Shown piece after piece: positions 28,688 through 36,768 of a stretch of DNA of 64,000 nucleotides (its first letter is position 1; the number at the start of each line of letters is the position of its first letter). The notes below the pieces were generated by a model. The model saw only the letters and a list, made by a program, of their open reading frames with translations, searched no databases and was not told the origin of the DNA. This DNA is from Candidatus Eiseniibacteriota bacterium (GTDB lineage: Bacteria > Eisenbacteria > RBG-16-71-46 > SZUA-252), in assembly GCA_963703225.1 (NCBI GenBank), contig OY969801.1:1440001-1504000 (forward strand), read 5' to 3'. The position numbers and the translations under genes are program-made.

Positions 28688-29785
28688 CTAATGGAAGCGC
28701 ACGTTGACCGCGAGCCCGGGGCCGTCAGGGAGCATGATCGGAGCGATCGAGGACACCTTGGGCTTGTCTGGTGCCGTCAGATGCAGGTACATGACCATGG
28801 CGTCGAGGACGTTGAGAGCGTAGAACGACACGGTTCCGATCAGGAAGCCCTGACGGATATTCTTGCTCGCGCTGAGGCTCCGTGAGGCCTGTTCCAGCTG
28901 CAGCTGTCGTTGCGTCTGATTCGAAGGGCCGGCGCTGTCCACGTTGATCTGGGCCCACTTGAAGTCGGTCTCATCCCGCCGCACCCGGTAGTCGGCGACC
29001 ACATATCCAGCCCCGGAGCCGATGACCGACGCGAGCCAGACGATGCTGCGGGTCCGGTGATTGGCAAACTCCTGCCCCGCCCCCGGGATCAGTAGGGAGC
29101 GCCACACGGCGCCTCCCCGGGTCGCCTTGGGTGCGCCCAGGGTGAGCCGATTCGGCGTCGTCTCGAGCAGCGATATGCGGGGGCGAATCCAGTAGTCGAT
29201 CGCGCTCATTCCCCAGACGACGCCGCCGTAGGTGATCCAGGCGTTCCGGGCGTATCGCTCATCCTCCGCCCGGTCCCCGGCGAAGTCCCCCACCTCGTCC
29301 AGGCGATCCCGGTAGGTGAGCTGGGCGCGAACGGCCATGACCCCGGCGGCAACGGCCGCCGTGGCGAGCGTAATTCCCCTTCCCACGCGACCGCCGGTCA
29401 TATCGGGGACGCCGGGGAAGTTGAATCCGCGAAGAATCAGCGCGGGCGACACTCCGGGCGGCTCGGAGACGACGAATGGGAGCTCGCCCTCCGCCGGCAG
29501 AAAGATGAGTCCGTGGGTGCGCGAAAAGCCGGGGCCCTGGATCACGATGGAATAGATTCCCGTCATGACCGGTAGAACGTCGAGCGGCGAGCGCCCCGTC
29601 AGGTCGGAGGCGCCGTGCAGGGTCACTTCGGCGTTCTCGGGGATGGTGAGAATCGTCAACACCGAGGACCGGGGCAGCTGCGACGGGGCGAGGGGCTTGC
29701 TTCCGCCGGGAGTCTGCCCCGCCGCAAAGCTGGGAGCGAGGCAGACGGCCGCGGCGACGCAAACCAGAAAACCGCGAGGCATCAT
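28688..29785 (-). CDS. Hypothetical exported/membrane protein (PEGA-like N-terminus, two SLLIPG.GQ-type repeats)
   Basis: Signal peptide, TIPENAEV...GRSPL, WRSLLIPGAGQ, LNVLDA, terminal beta-strand. Confidence 0.55.
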   Translation of the reverse strand: MMPRGFLVCVAAAVCLAPSFAAGQTPGGSKPLAPSQLPRSSVLTILTIPENAEVTLHGASDLTGRSPLDVLPVMTGIYSIVIQGPGFSRTHGLIFLPAEGELPFVVSEPPGVSPALILRGFNFPGVPDMTGGRVGRGITLATAAVAAGVMAVRAQLTYRDRLDEVGDFAGDRAEDERYARNAWITYGGVVWGMSAIDYWIRPRISLLETTPNRLTLGAPKATRGGAVWRSLLIPGAGQEFANHRTRSIVWLASVIGSGAGYVVADYRVRRDETDFKWAQINVDSAGPSNQTQRQLQLEQASRSLSASKNIRQGFLIGTVSFYALNVLDAMVMYLHLTAPDKPKVSSIAPIMLPDGPGLAVNVRFH

Positions 29786-29842
29786 CGCCGCGCACAATAG
29801 GATTGGGGGTTGCCTCCTGTCAAGGAATCATGGCGAAAATGC

Positions 29843-29876
29843 AAAAGGCCGGAAAGACATTCGAGTCTCTCCGGCC
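29843..29876 (-). terminator. Intrinsic terminator after the PEP-CTERM gene
   Basis: Minus strand GGCCGGAGAGAC-TCGAAT-GTCTTTCCGGCC-TTTT. Confidence 0.7.
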
Positions 29877-29898
29877 GCGGCGACGCATAGAGGCGTTC

Positions 29899-30282
29899 TT
29901 AGAGAGTTTGCCTCTTGCGAACCGAGAGGAGAAGCATGAGGCCGAGGCCAGCGCTCAGCAACCAGAGGGAAGATGGCTCCGGGACTTCGGAGAGCTGACC
30001 ATCCCTCTCGAACTGGGCGCGCTTGTAATTGTCGTGCTGTCTGCCGCCGGCTCCGACGGGATCCAAGCGAGTAAAGCTGGATGCCTGCTGGGGAGCCAAG
30101 GTGGTTCCGAAGCGGGACCCTGTCGCTTGCGCGCTGCTGTTCGCCGCTCCCTGATCCGCCGAGTTGTCTGCGACCGTGCTCTGACGGCTGGAGAGCTGCA
30201 GCGACGGAATCGCGTATGCGAAGGTCGTGGACAGCACGACCAACGCGATTCCGACGATTGCTACGACAGCGATGCGACGCAT
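29899..30282 (-). CDS. Small PEP-CTERM protein
   Basis: Signal peptide MRRIAVV...AYA; C-terminus VPEPSSLWLLSAGLGLMLLLSVRKRQTL. Confidence 0.9.
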   Translation of the reverse strand: MRRIAVVAIVGIALVVLSTTFAYAIPSLQLSSRQSTVADNSADQGAANSSAQATGSRFGTTLAPQQASSFTRLDPVGAGGRQHDNYKRAQFERDGQLSEVPEPSSLWLLSAGLGLMLLLSVRKRQTL

Positions 30283-30499
30283 TTCCGTGTAACCCCCCAC
30301 TGGAACTGCGAAACTTGCAGACCTCGGCACTTCTTCCGATCGCTAAAGAGTTTACCCCATATTCTCGCCCGGAGTCAAACAGAATTCTTCTCCTCCGAGG
30401 GATCGCGCGCTGGTGGTGGAACTGGAGTTTCCGCAAGCGTTTAAGGGCGGTGATGGGTCGAGACGCCGCGTTCCCTATCTTCAGCACACCCACGCGCGC

Positions 30500-31951
30500 C
30501 TATTCCTGTGATCGTGGATACCCCGGCAGGGTGTCTCCCATGTGGATGGCCTCGAATCGGGCTGAGTAGCGGCGGCAGACAAGGTCGAGCATGGTGAGCA
30601 ACGGCCGCTCGGCGGCGCGCCCTCCCTCCTGTCCCCCACAGAGGAGAAATCCGAACAGCTCATCCGCGCGTGTGATCGGAGCCGCACTCGTGGCGGCGCA
30701 AGCCCGGATCTGTTCGGCATTCTCGACGTAGATCGGTATGTACTCGAGGTCGTCGGGGCGGCCACGCAAGTGAATCGCGCGACGCGCGCGGCCCAGTTCC
30801 GTGGCGAGAGGCTCACTGGTCAGGACCACGACCCGCGGAGGAGGATCCAGCGTGCTCGCCGCCACGATGAAGCGCGGCTCGCGCATGTCCGCTAGGAACA
30901 GCGTTACGGGATCCGTTCCGACGAGATCGCGGACGTTGCCGGGGATGATCTGACACAGCTCCGCGACGGTCACGCTCTCCCCTACGGCCCCAGCGACGCG
31001 CGCGGAGATCTCGCGAGGGTCGATGTGGCGTCGGTTGAGATAGGGATCGATCAGGCGCTGAACTCGCCGGCTGATGCGGTTCGAGATCGCGAGCGCCGCG
31101 ATCCCGAGGGCCGCGCCCGACGCGAGGAGAACCCAGAGGCCTCGAGCGATACTCCAGCCGGTGGCGTGCGTGATCCACAGAAGGGTGGCGGTGGCGGCGA
31201 GGACGCCGACAGAGATCGCGAGCGAGGTGGTCTTGATCAGCGGGCGCCCCGCGCGTCGGACCCGAACCTCCAAGAGCCGTCCGCGAATGAGCGAGAACGG
31301 GAGTGCGAGCGCCAAGATCGAAACCGGAACCCATCCAATGCTGATGTCCGCCGAGGCGATGAAGCCTGAGAACATCGCCGTAATCCCAACGTACCCGAAG
31401 AACGCCGTGGCGATCAGGATCCCGAGGAGGGCCGGACGGAACGCGCGGTGCGGCTTGGGAGCGAGGGAAATGTAGGTCGATTCGAAGCTCGCCGTCGTAA
31501 GGACGAGATTCAGCATGATCAGAGCGACCATGGCGGTGGTTCCGAACCGCAGCGGGAAGATGACCGCGCCCTTGAGGAACGAGATGGAGACCCAAGTGGG
31601 GGTGAATCCGACGAACAGCATGGCGGCGACCGCGGCGATCGCCTGGGCCACGATGTAGCCCTTCCAGACCGGTCCGAGGCCGGATGGCGGGGCGAGGCAC
31701 AAGGTCCGAGAGAGGAGCACCCAGGAGAGCGAGACGGGCAGGGCGAAGGCGAGCGAAAGCTCGAACCACGTCTGTCCACCGCTCACGTCATAGGTAGCCC
31801 GCGCCCAGCCGAATTGGAGGAGCCCAAGAGAGATCAGCGCGACCGCCGCGAGAAACGAGGGATAGCGCCCCGGGCTCAGGAAGAGGACGAAGCCACCCCC
31901 GAGCATCGCCAGGATGCCGCCTGAAACGATCAGGAGTATGTCGAGGGTCAT
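30500..31951 (-). CDS. PrsK-like multi-TM + GAF protein with no kinase domain
   Basis: About 9 TM helices then a GAF-like domain, inside a PEP-CTERM locus; no H-box or HATPase. Confidence 0.55.
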   Translation of the reverse strand: MTLDILLIVSGGILAMLGGGFVLFLSPGRYPSFLAAVALISLGLLQFGWARATYDVSGGQTWFELSLAFALPVSLSWVLLSRTLCLAPPSGLGPVWKGYIVAQAIAAVAAMLFVGFTPTWVSISFLKGAVIFPLRFGTTAMVALIMLNLVLTTASFESTYISLAPKPHRAFRPALLGILIATAFFGYVGITAMFSGFIASADISIGWVPVSILALALPFSLIRGRLLEVRVRRAGRPLIKTTSLAISVGVLAATATLLWITHATGWSIARGLWVLLASGAALGIAALAISNRISRRVQRLIDPYLNRRHIDPREISARVAGAVGESVTVAELCQIIPGNVRDLVGTDPVTLFLADMREPRFIVAASTLDPPPRVVVLTSEPLATELGRARRAIHLRGRPDDLEYIPIYVENAEQIRACAATSAAPITRADELFGFLLCGGQEGGRAAERPLLTMLDLVCRRYSARFEAIHMGDTLPGYPRSQE

Positions 31952-32916
31952 GGCCCGGCCACCCCCTCGCGGGGCCCGGAGCGTTCGAGCAGGCCCAACT
32001 CACGGAGACGAGTCGCAATGGTCCGAAAACGCGCGCACCCGAGCACCCGACGCAGGATCGGCTCCGCGCGGCTGAGCCGCGCGTAGTGGGCCCAGGATCG
32101 GAGTCGGCTCGGACCCACCCTCGGTTGATCGGGGTCAAGCTCCCACGGGTGCACATTCACCACGAGGGGCTCGCGGCGTCTGAGGTGGTGGCGCACCGCA
32201 TAAATCGTGAGCGATGCAGGCAGGAGCCGAAGGTAGGCGCCGGCGAGGACCGGGAGCCGCACGGGACCGATCGGCAGGGTTGGCAGGGGAAATTCCGCCA
32301 GGGTGTGCCGCTCTCCCCCCAGCATCGCCGGTCGCGTCGGGCCCTCTGGATAGCCATAGCGCCGCCGACGAATCGGGTAGACGCTCGAATCGTACTCGTA
32401 GCCCGCCTCCGCAAGCACGTCGATCGCCCAGAGCGTGTGGCGATTGATGCTGTAGCTCGGCGCCCGGAAGCCGAGGACAGGGGCGCCCGCCGCGTCCTCC
32501 AAGACGGCCCGCGAATCGCGAGCGTCGACGCGAAAGCTCTCGACCGTCTGCTCGGTGAGCATCTGGTGGAACATGCCGTGGGAGGCGACTTCGTGGCCTC
32601 GGGCGGCGATCTCTCGGACGAGCGCCGGCTGCTTGCGGGCGATCCACCCGAGAATGAAGAAGGTGGCCGTCGCCTTCGCCTCCTCGAATAGGTCCAGGAG
32701 GAGCCTGGTGCTCTGCCCCACGCGCGATGGCCAGCGGTCCCAGGCATCGCGCCGGACATATCGCGCGAACGCCTGCACCTGGAAGTATTCCTCGACGTCA
32801 ACGCTGAGGGCGAATGGAGCCTCGGGCCCGACTGCAAGCAAGGGCTCGTCGTCCGAGCGGATTCGCGTGTCCACTCCTTCTCCGGTCGGGGTGCGATGCC
32901 GCCGCGCGGCTTGCAC
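31948..32916 (-). CDS. XrtA-system polysaccharide deacetylase (DUF3473-associated)
   Basis: SVDVEEYFQV, ATFFILGW, HEVASHG, GFRAPSYS, YDSS, HPWELDP. Confidence 0.88.
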   Translation of the reverse strand: MQAARRHRTPTGEGVDTRIRSDDEPLLAVGPEAPFALSVDVEEYFQVQAFARYVRRDAWDRWPSRVGQSTRLLLDLFEEAKATATFFILGWIARKQPALVREIAARGHEVASHGMFHQMLTEQTVESFRVDARDSRAVLEDAAGAPVLGFRAPSYSINRHTLWAIDVLAEAGYEYDSSVYPIRRRRYGYPEGPTRPAMLGGERHTLAEFPLPTLPIGPVRLPVLAGAYLRLLPASLTIYAVRHHLRRREPLVVNVHPWELDPDQPRVGPSRLRSWAHYARLSRAEPILRRVLGCARFRTIATRLRELGLLERSGPREGVAGP

Positions 32917-32998
32917 GGAGTGGAAGCATACGGTTCGGGAGGGGCGCCGGGAAAGCGGGATCTAACGCTGAGCGGTTCGGCCGCGCCGCTACACAGCG

Positions 32999-33976
32999 CT
33001 ACGGCACGATGGCGAGCTGGGTCACCTGGCGGCCCCGAGGCGTGTCGAGGATCGCGTTGTAGAGGCCGGGTGCCAAGGCTTCTCCCTGATCGGATTGGCA
33101 GTGCCACTCGATCGTGCTTTGTCCCGCCGGAAACACCTCGTCGAGGACCTTGCAGACTCGTTGCCCCGTGACGTCGTAGACGACGAGGCGGGCGCGTCCG
33201 GGCGCTCCGTCGGCCGTCCCGGCCTGAAAGCGGATCGTCACTCTTCCCTTCGCCGGATTGGGGTAGACGACCATCGCCGCGGTGGTCGTGGGCAATCCGC
33301 TCCCCGGCACGGTGATCGTGGCAAGCGCGGGGGCGCTCTCATTGGTGCCGGAGTAGGAGGCGATGCTGTATTCGTACGTCGTGCCGGCCACCACCGAGGT
33401 GTCGGTCCAGCTCGTCTGATTGACGGGCGCCGTCTGCACCAGGGTGCCGATCGGGTTGGATCCCGTGCGCCGATAGAGGTGATACCCGGCCGGGCTTCCC
33501 GTTGTGACCATGTTCCAGCTCAGACGAACGTCACCCGCCACGATCTGGGCGGCGAAGCCGGAGGGCGTTGCGAGCGTCCCACCCCCCGTTCCCGTGGTCT
33601 TCACGGCGACGTTGGAATAACCCGCCCAGTTAGGCACTTCGTCGGCCGTGCGGATGATGAAGTAGTAGGTCGTTCCCGAGTCCAGCCCGGCCACCGCGAA
33701 CGATTCGCGGGTCCCCGCGGTCAGGGGTTGGGGGAGCGCCCCGGCGCTGGTCGCCGAGCCCCACCAGTAGGCCGTGTCGGCCGGAACCGCGGTCTCGGAA
33801 TAGCGGAGCTCGTAGGCCGACGCGCGACCGACGTTTCCGTCGTCCCCGGGCGCGGTCCATCGAAGCGTCACCGAATCGGCGCGGGCCCCGGAGGGCGCCA
33901 GGAGCGCGATCGCCATCGCGGCCCCCAGCACTCGCCGAAGCATGGACACGGAATGTCGGGTCGGCTTAGACGACAT
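32999..33976 (-). CDS. Secreted protein: strand-A-less WTAPGDDG FN3 + FN3 + T9SS/FlgD-like CTD
   Basis: Signal ending ARA then DSVTLRWTAPGDDG; second FN3; YPNP...VYDVTGQRV...W...APGLY C-terminal domain. Confidence 0.8.
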   Translation of the reverse strand: MSSKPTRHSVSMLRRVLGAAMAIALLAPSGARADSVTLRWTAPGDDGNVGRASAYELRYSETAVPADTAYWWGSATSAGALPQPLTAGTRESFAVAGLDSGTTYYFIIRTADEVPNWAGYSNVAVKTTGTGGGTLATPSGFAAQIVAGDVRLSWNMVTTGSPAGYHLYRRTGSNPIGTLVQTAPVNQTSWTDTSVVAGTTYEYSIASYSGTNESAPALATITVPGSGLPTTTAAMVVYPNPAKGRVTIRFQAGTADGAPGRARLVVYDVTGQRVCKVLDEVFPAGQSTIEWHCQSDQGEALAPGLYNAILDTPRGRQVTQLAIVP

Positions 33977-34856
33977 GGTCCCCTTCCCCGGACGGCCCTT
34001 CGATCGACGCGACCTGTTCGGTCGCGATCCGGCCGCCGTCTTCATAGGAGAGATCGCGAACCGGAGCCGGCGCGACCGTGTCGAGGGTCGTGCCGCTCGG
34101 CACGTTGGACAGGCCCGAAATGTTGCCTCCGTTGTCGGTCGTTCTCATGGCCAGGTAATAGGTCCTGCTCGGTTGGAGGCCGGTGATGATGAAGGTCTGC
34201 TGTGTGCCCGGCGCGACCGGGGCCGGCTCTCCCGTCACCGTTGTGGCCGAAGCCCAATTGCCGGTCGTGATCGGGGATGTGGAATAGCGAATGTCGTAGC
34301 TGGTGGCGGTCCCCGTCGTGCCGTCATCGCCGGGCGCGGTCCAGCGCACAGAGATGGAGGTGCCGGTCGACCCGGTCACCGTCAGGTCGGCGATCGCGGC
34401 GGGGGCTATGTTGTCGCCCGTCGTGGCTTTCACCGCGACGTTGGAGTAACCAGACCAGTTGGGCACCTCATCCGCGGCGCGGACGATGAAGTAGTAGGTG
34501 GTGACCGGTTGAAGCCCCCGAACCCGCATCGAATCGGTCGCGCCGGAGGTGCCTGGCACCGGCTCGCCCGTCACCTGGGTCGCGCTGTTCCACCAGGAGA
34601 GCGTGTCCGTGCCGGTAATGGCTACGGTTCGGTAGCGAAGGTCATACGTGGTCGCCCGGCCCACGGCACCATCGTCGCCCGGTGCGGTCCACTGGAGCAC
34701 GATGGATGAATCGGCCGAGGTTTGCGCCAGCGCCGCAACGGGCTTGAGCCCGCCGAGCAGCGCGACTGCTGCGAGGGCGACGATGACCGCAAACCTGGGG
34801 GAAACCTGCCCCAAGCGGCCGGGTGCACAGCTCGGGGCGCGTCGGTGGTCCAGCAT
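33966..34856 (-). CDS. Secreted tandem WTAPGDDG-FN3 protein with orphan C-terminal FN3 strand
   Basis: RBS GGGGAGG, signal ending ALA, two FN3 repeats, tail DTVAPAPVRDL; overlaps the start of the next gene. Confidence 0.85.
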   Translation of the reverse strand: MLDHRRAPSCAPGRLGQVSPRFAVIVALAAVALLGGLKPVAALAQTSADSSIVLQWTAPGDDGAVGRATTYDLRYRTVAITGTDTLSWWNSATQVTGEPVPGTSGATDSMRVRGLQPVTTYYFIVRAADEVPNWSGYSNVAVKATTGDNIAPAAIADLTVTGSTGTSISVRWTAPGDDGTTGTATSYDIRYSTSPITTGNWASATTVTGEPAPVAPGTQQTFIITGLQPSRTYYLAMRTTDNGGNISGLSNVPSGTTLDTVAPAPVRDLSYEDGGRIATEQVASIEGPSGEGDHVV

Positions 34857-34891
34857 GGATGTCCTCCCCTTCGGATGTGGCGGCCGCGGCG

Positions 34892-34938
34892 AAAAATGCC
34901 GGGCCACCATCGACCGTATTGATCCATGGCGGCCCGGC
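34892..34938 (-). terminator. Riboswitch expression-platform terminator
   Basis: GCCGGGCCGCCAT (aptamer 3' strand) pairs with ATGGTGGCCCGGC, followed by ATTTTT. Confidence 0.75.
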
Positions 34939-35033
34939 TGGCATGTACCGAGGCGGACGCATGCGTCCGATTTCGGTCGTTAGCCCCGTGGCTCTGCGTC
35001 CTGCTCTTTCAGGCAGTTTGCTTTGGGCATGGA
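34923..35033 (-). ncRNA. GEMM-I (c-di-GMP-I family) riboswitch, A20 variant
   Basis: TCCATG-CCCAAAGCAAACTGCCTGAAAGAGCAGGACGCAGAGCCACGGGGCTAA...GCCAGCCGGGCCGC-CATGGA: P1, GCAAAC, GAAA tetraloop, GACGCA, receptor and 3' core. Confidence 0.9.
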
Positions 35034-35069
35034 CATTGGCGCGTTGCCCTTCCCCCAGCGCCGAGATTC

Positions 35070-35085
35070 AGCATGATTGGTGCCA
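35070..35085 (-). promoter_or_regulatory. Sigma54 (-24/-12) promoter upstream of the riboswitch
   Basis: Minus strand TGGCACCAATCATGCT with canonical spacing; predicted TSS ~25 nt before the aptamer. Confidence 0.65.
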
Positions 35086-35236
35086 CGACGAAATCACGCG
35101 ATCGTTGCGAAGCGAACGACGGGGGTTTTGGGTGTTACGCGGACATGATGCAGTGAGCGAGGCCGCGTGCCGTCTGCACGACGTGCTCTGCAACCGGTGA
35201 AGGCCCAGAACGCGAACGCTGTCGGTTCTGGTCGGG

Positions 35237-36765
35237 CTAGGGATTCCTGTCGGCGCGGTGGAGGGTCGATCGAATGGAGGGGAGCATCTCCTCGACGAAC
35301 TGCTGCAGATGCACTGTCGCGCTCGGATCGTCCATCGCGGACGCGGAGAGCACGATGATGGCCGCCTTGTCTTGGTGGAGCACGAGGGTGGCGCGCGCTT
35401 GCAGGAGTTTCGCCCAGCTCGGGGCTGGTCGTGAACTCGTCGGGGAGCCAGTACCAATGCCAGACCAGCAGCCGCTCCCCCGGGGCCCGCACGTCCGTCT
35501 CCCGGACTTGGAGATCCTCGCCCCCCATCCGGATCGTCCGTCCCCGTTCGCCGAGATTTCGCCATCTTGGATCGTCCGGATCCACGATCGCGTTTCGAAA
35601 CTGGATCAATTCCCTCCCCTGGCTCTGCCGCTCATAGAGGGCGATGTAGCAGTGAACGATTGCCCCGTCCCTGACGTAGGCGCGGCTTGTCTCGGAAGCG
35701 GCGCCGGAATACGCCGGCTTCCAGCCGGGGGATTGTTCCGGCCGGCTTGTCCATCCGCCCCGCGGCGCGGGGGAGGAGATCGGGTTGGATCGGAGCCCGG
35801 CGTCGGATTTCGATCGATAGGAGAAGTATCCCGGCCAGATGACGAGCGCGAACGCCGCCAGGACGGAGACGACGGTCCACCGCGCCCCACCCGAAGCTGG
35901 GGCGCCGGTTTCCGGCACTTCCAGCCCTGGCGCCAGCCTCTCCGGCGGAACCGGGTCGCGAAATCTGGTGCCCACCGCAAAGAAGGCGGCCATCACGATG
36001 GCGAAGACGGTCCAGCCGATGGCGTAGTGGTCAAAGCCCTTCCCTAGGCGCATCTCGCTCAGATAGCCGACCAGGACCAGGACGTAGGCGCGGACGCCAT
36101 TGGCGATGATCGGAACGACGATCGACATGGCGGCGAATACGAAGACGCTTCCGCGTCTTTTGGTAGGTCAGGTAGGCGAAGAGGCAGCCGAGGGCAAAGC
36201 CCGAGACCAGAAAGCGAAGGCCGCTGCACGCCTCGGCGACCCGCCACTCCGCGAAGGGTGTCGTGAGGTAGAGCCCTTCCCGGACCACGGGCACTCCGCT
36301 CAACCGGAGGGCGCTCACCGCGAAGTCGGCTGTGAAGCGCATGAGCGCCTGGTTGGAACACGTCGCCGAACGGCACGGCAAAGAAGAGGTACGCGAGCGG
36401 AAACGCGAGCGACCGAGTGACCCGCGGTCCAAAGAAGGCGCAAACCAGCACGGGGATCATTCCGACGAGGGTGGCCTGTTCGACCAGGAGCGTTCCCGTC
36501 GCGCGGCCGAGGAGCCAGCAGGCTCCCAATGGCGGCAAGAGGGCGATGGCGGGGAGGTATGGTCGTGGCGTGAGCGGGGCGAGCGCCCCGCGCCTCACCC
36601 AAACGAGAAAGGCGCAGATCGGCAGAATGAGGAAGCCGTGCGCAAACGCGTTGGAGCCGCTCCAAACTTGGATGAACGATGCCGCGGTCTCGTGGTAGGC
36701 GGCGAGCGTCAGCAGAAGGGCGGCGGAGACAAAGTGCCGCCGCGAGGGGCCAGCGCCTCGGCGAC
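35237..36765 (-). CDS. xrtA: Exosortase A fused to an EpsI domain (several frameshifts; start unresolved)
   Basis: FAHGFLILPI, AFPLAYLFFAVPFG, VAEACSGLRFL (Cys), ANGVRAY (Arg), DHYAIGW (His), QSQGRELI, VWHWYW; stop TAG at 35237. Confidence 0.85.
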
Positions 36766-36768
36766 GCG

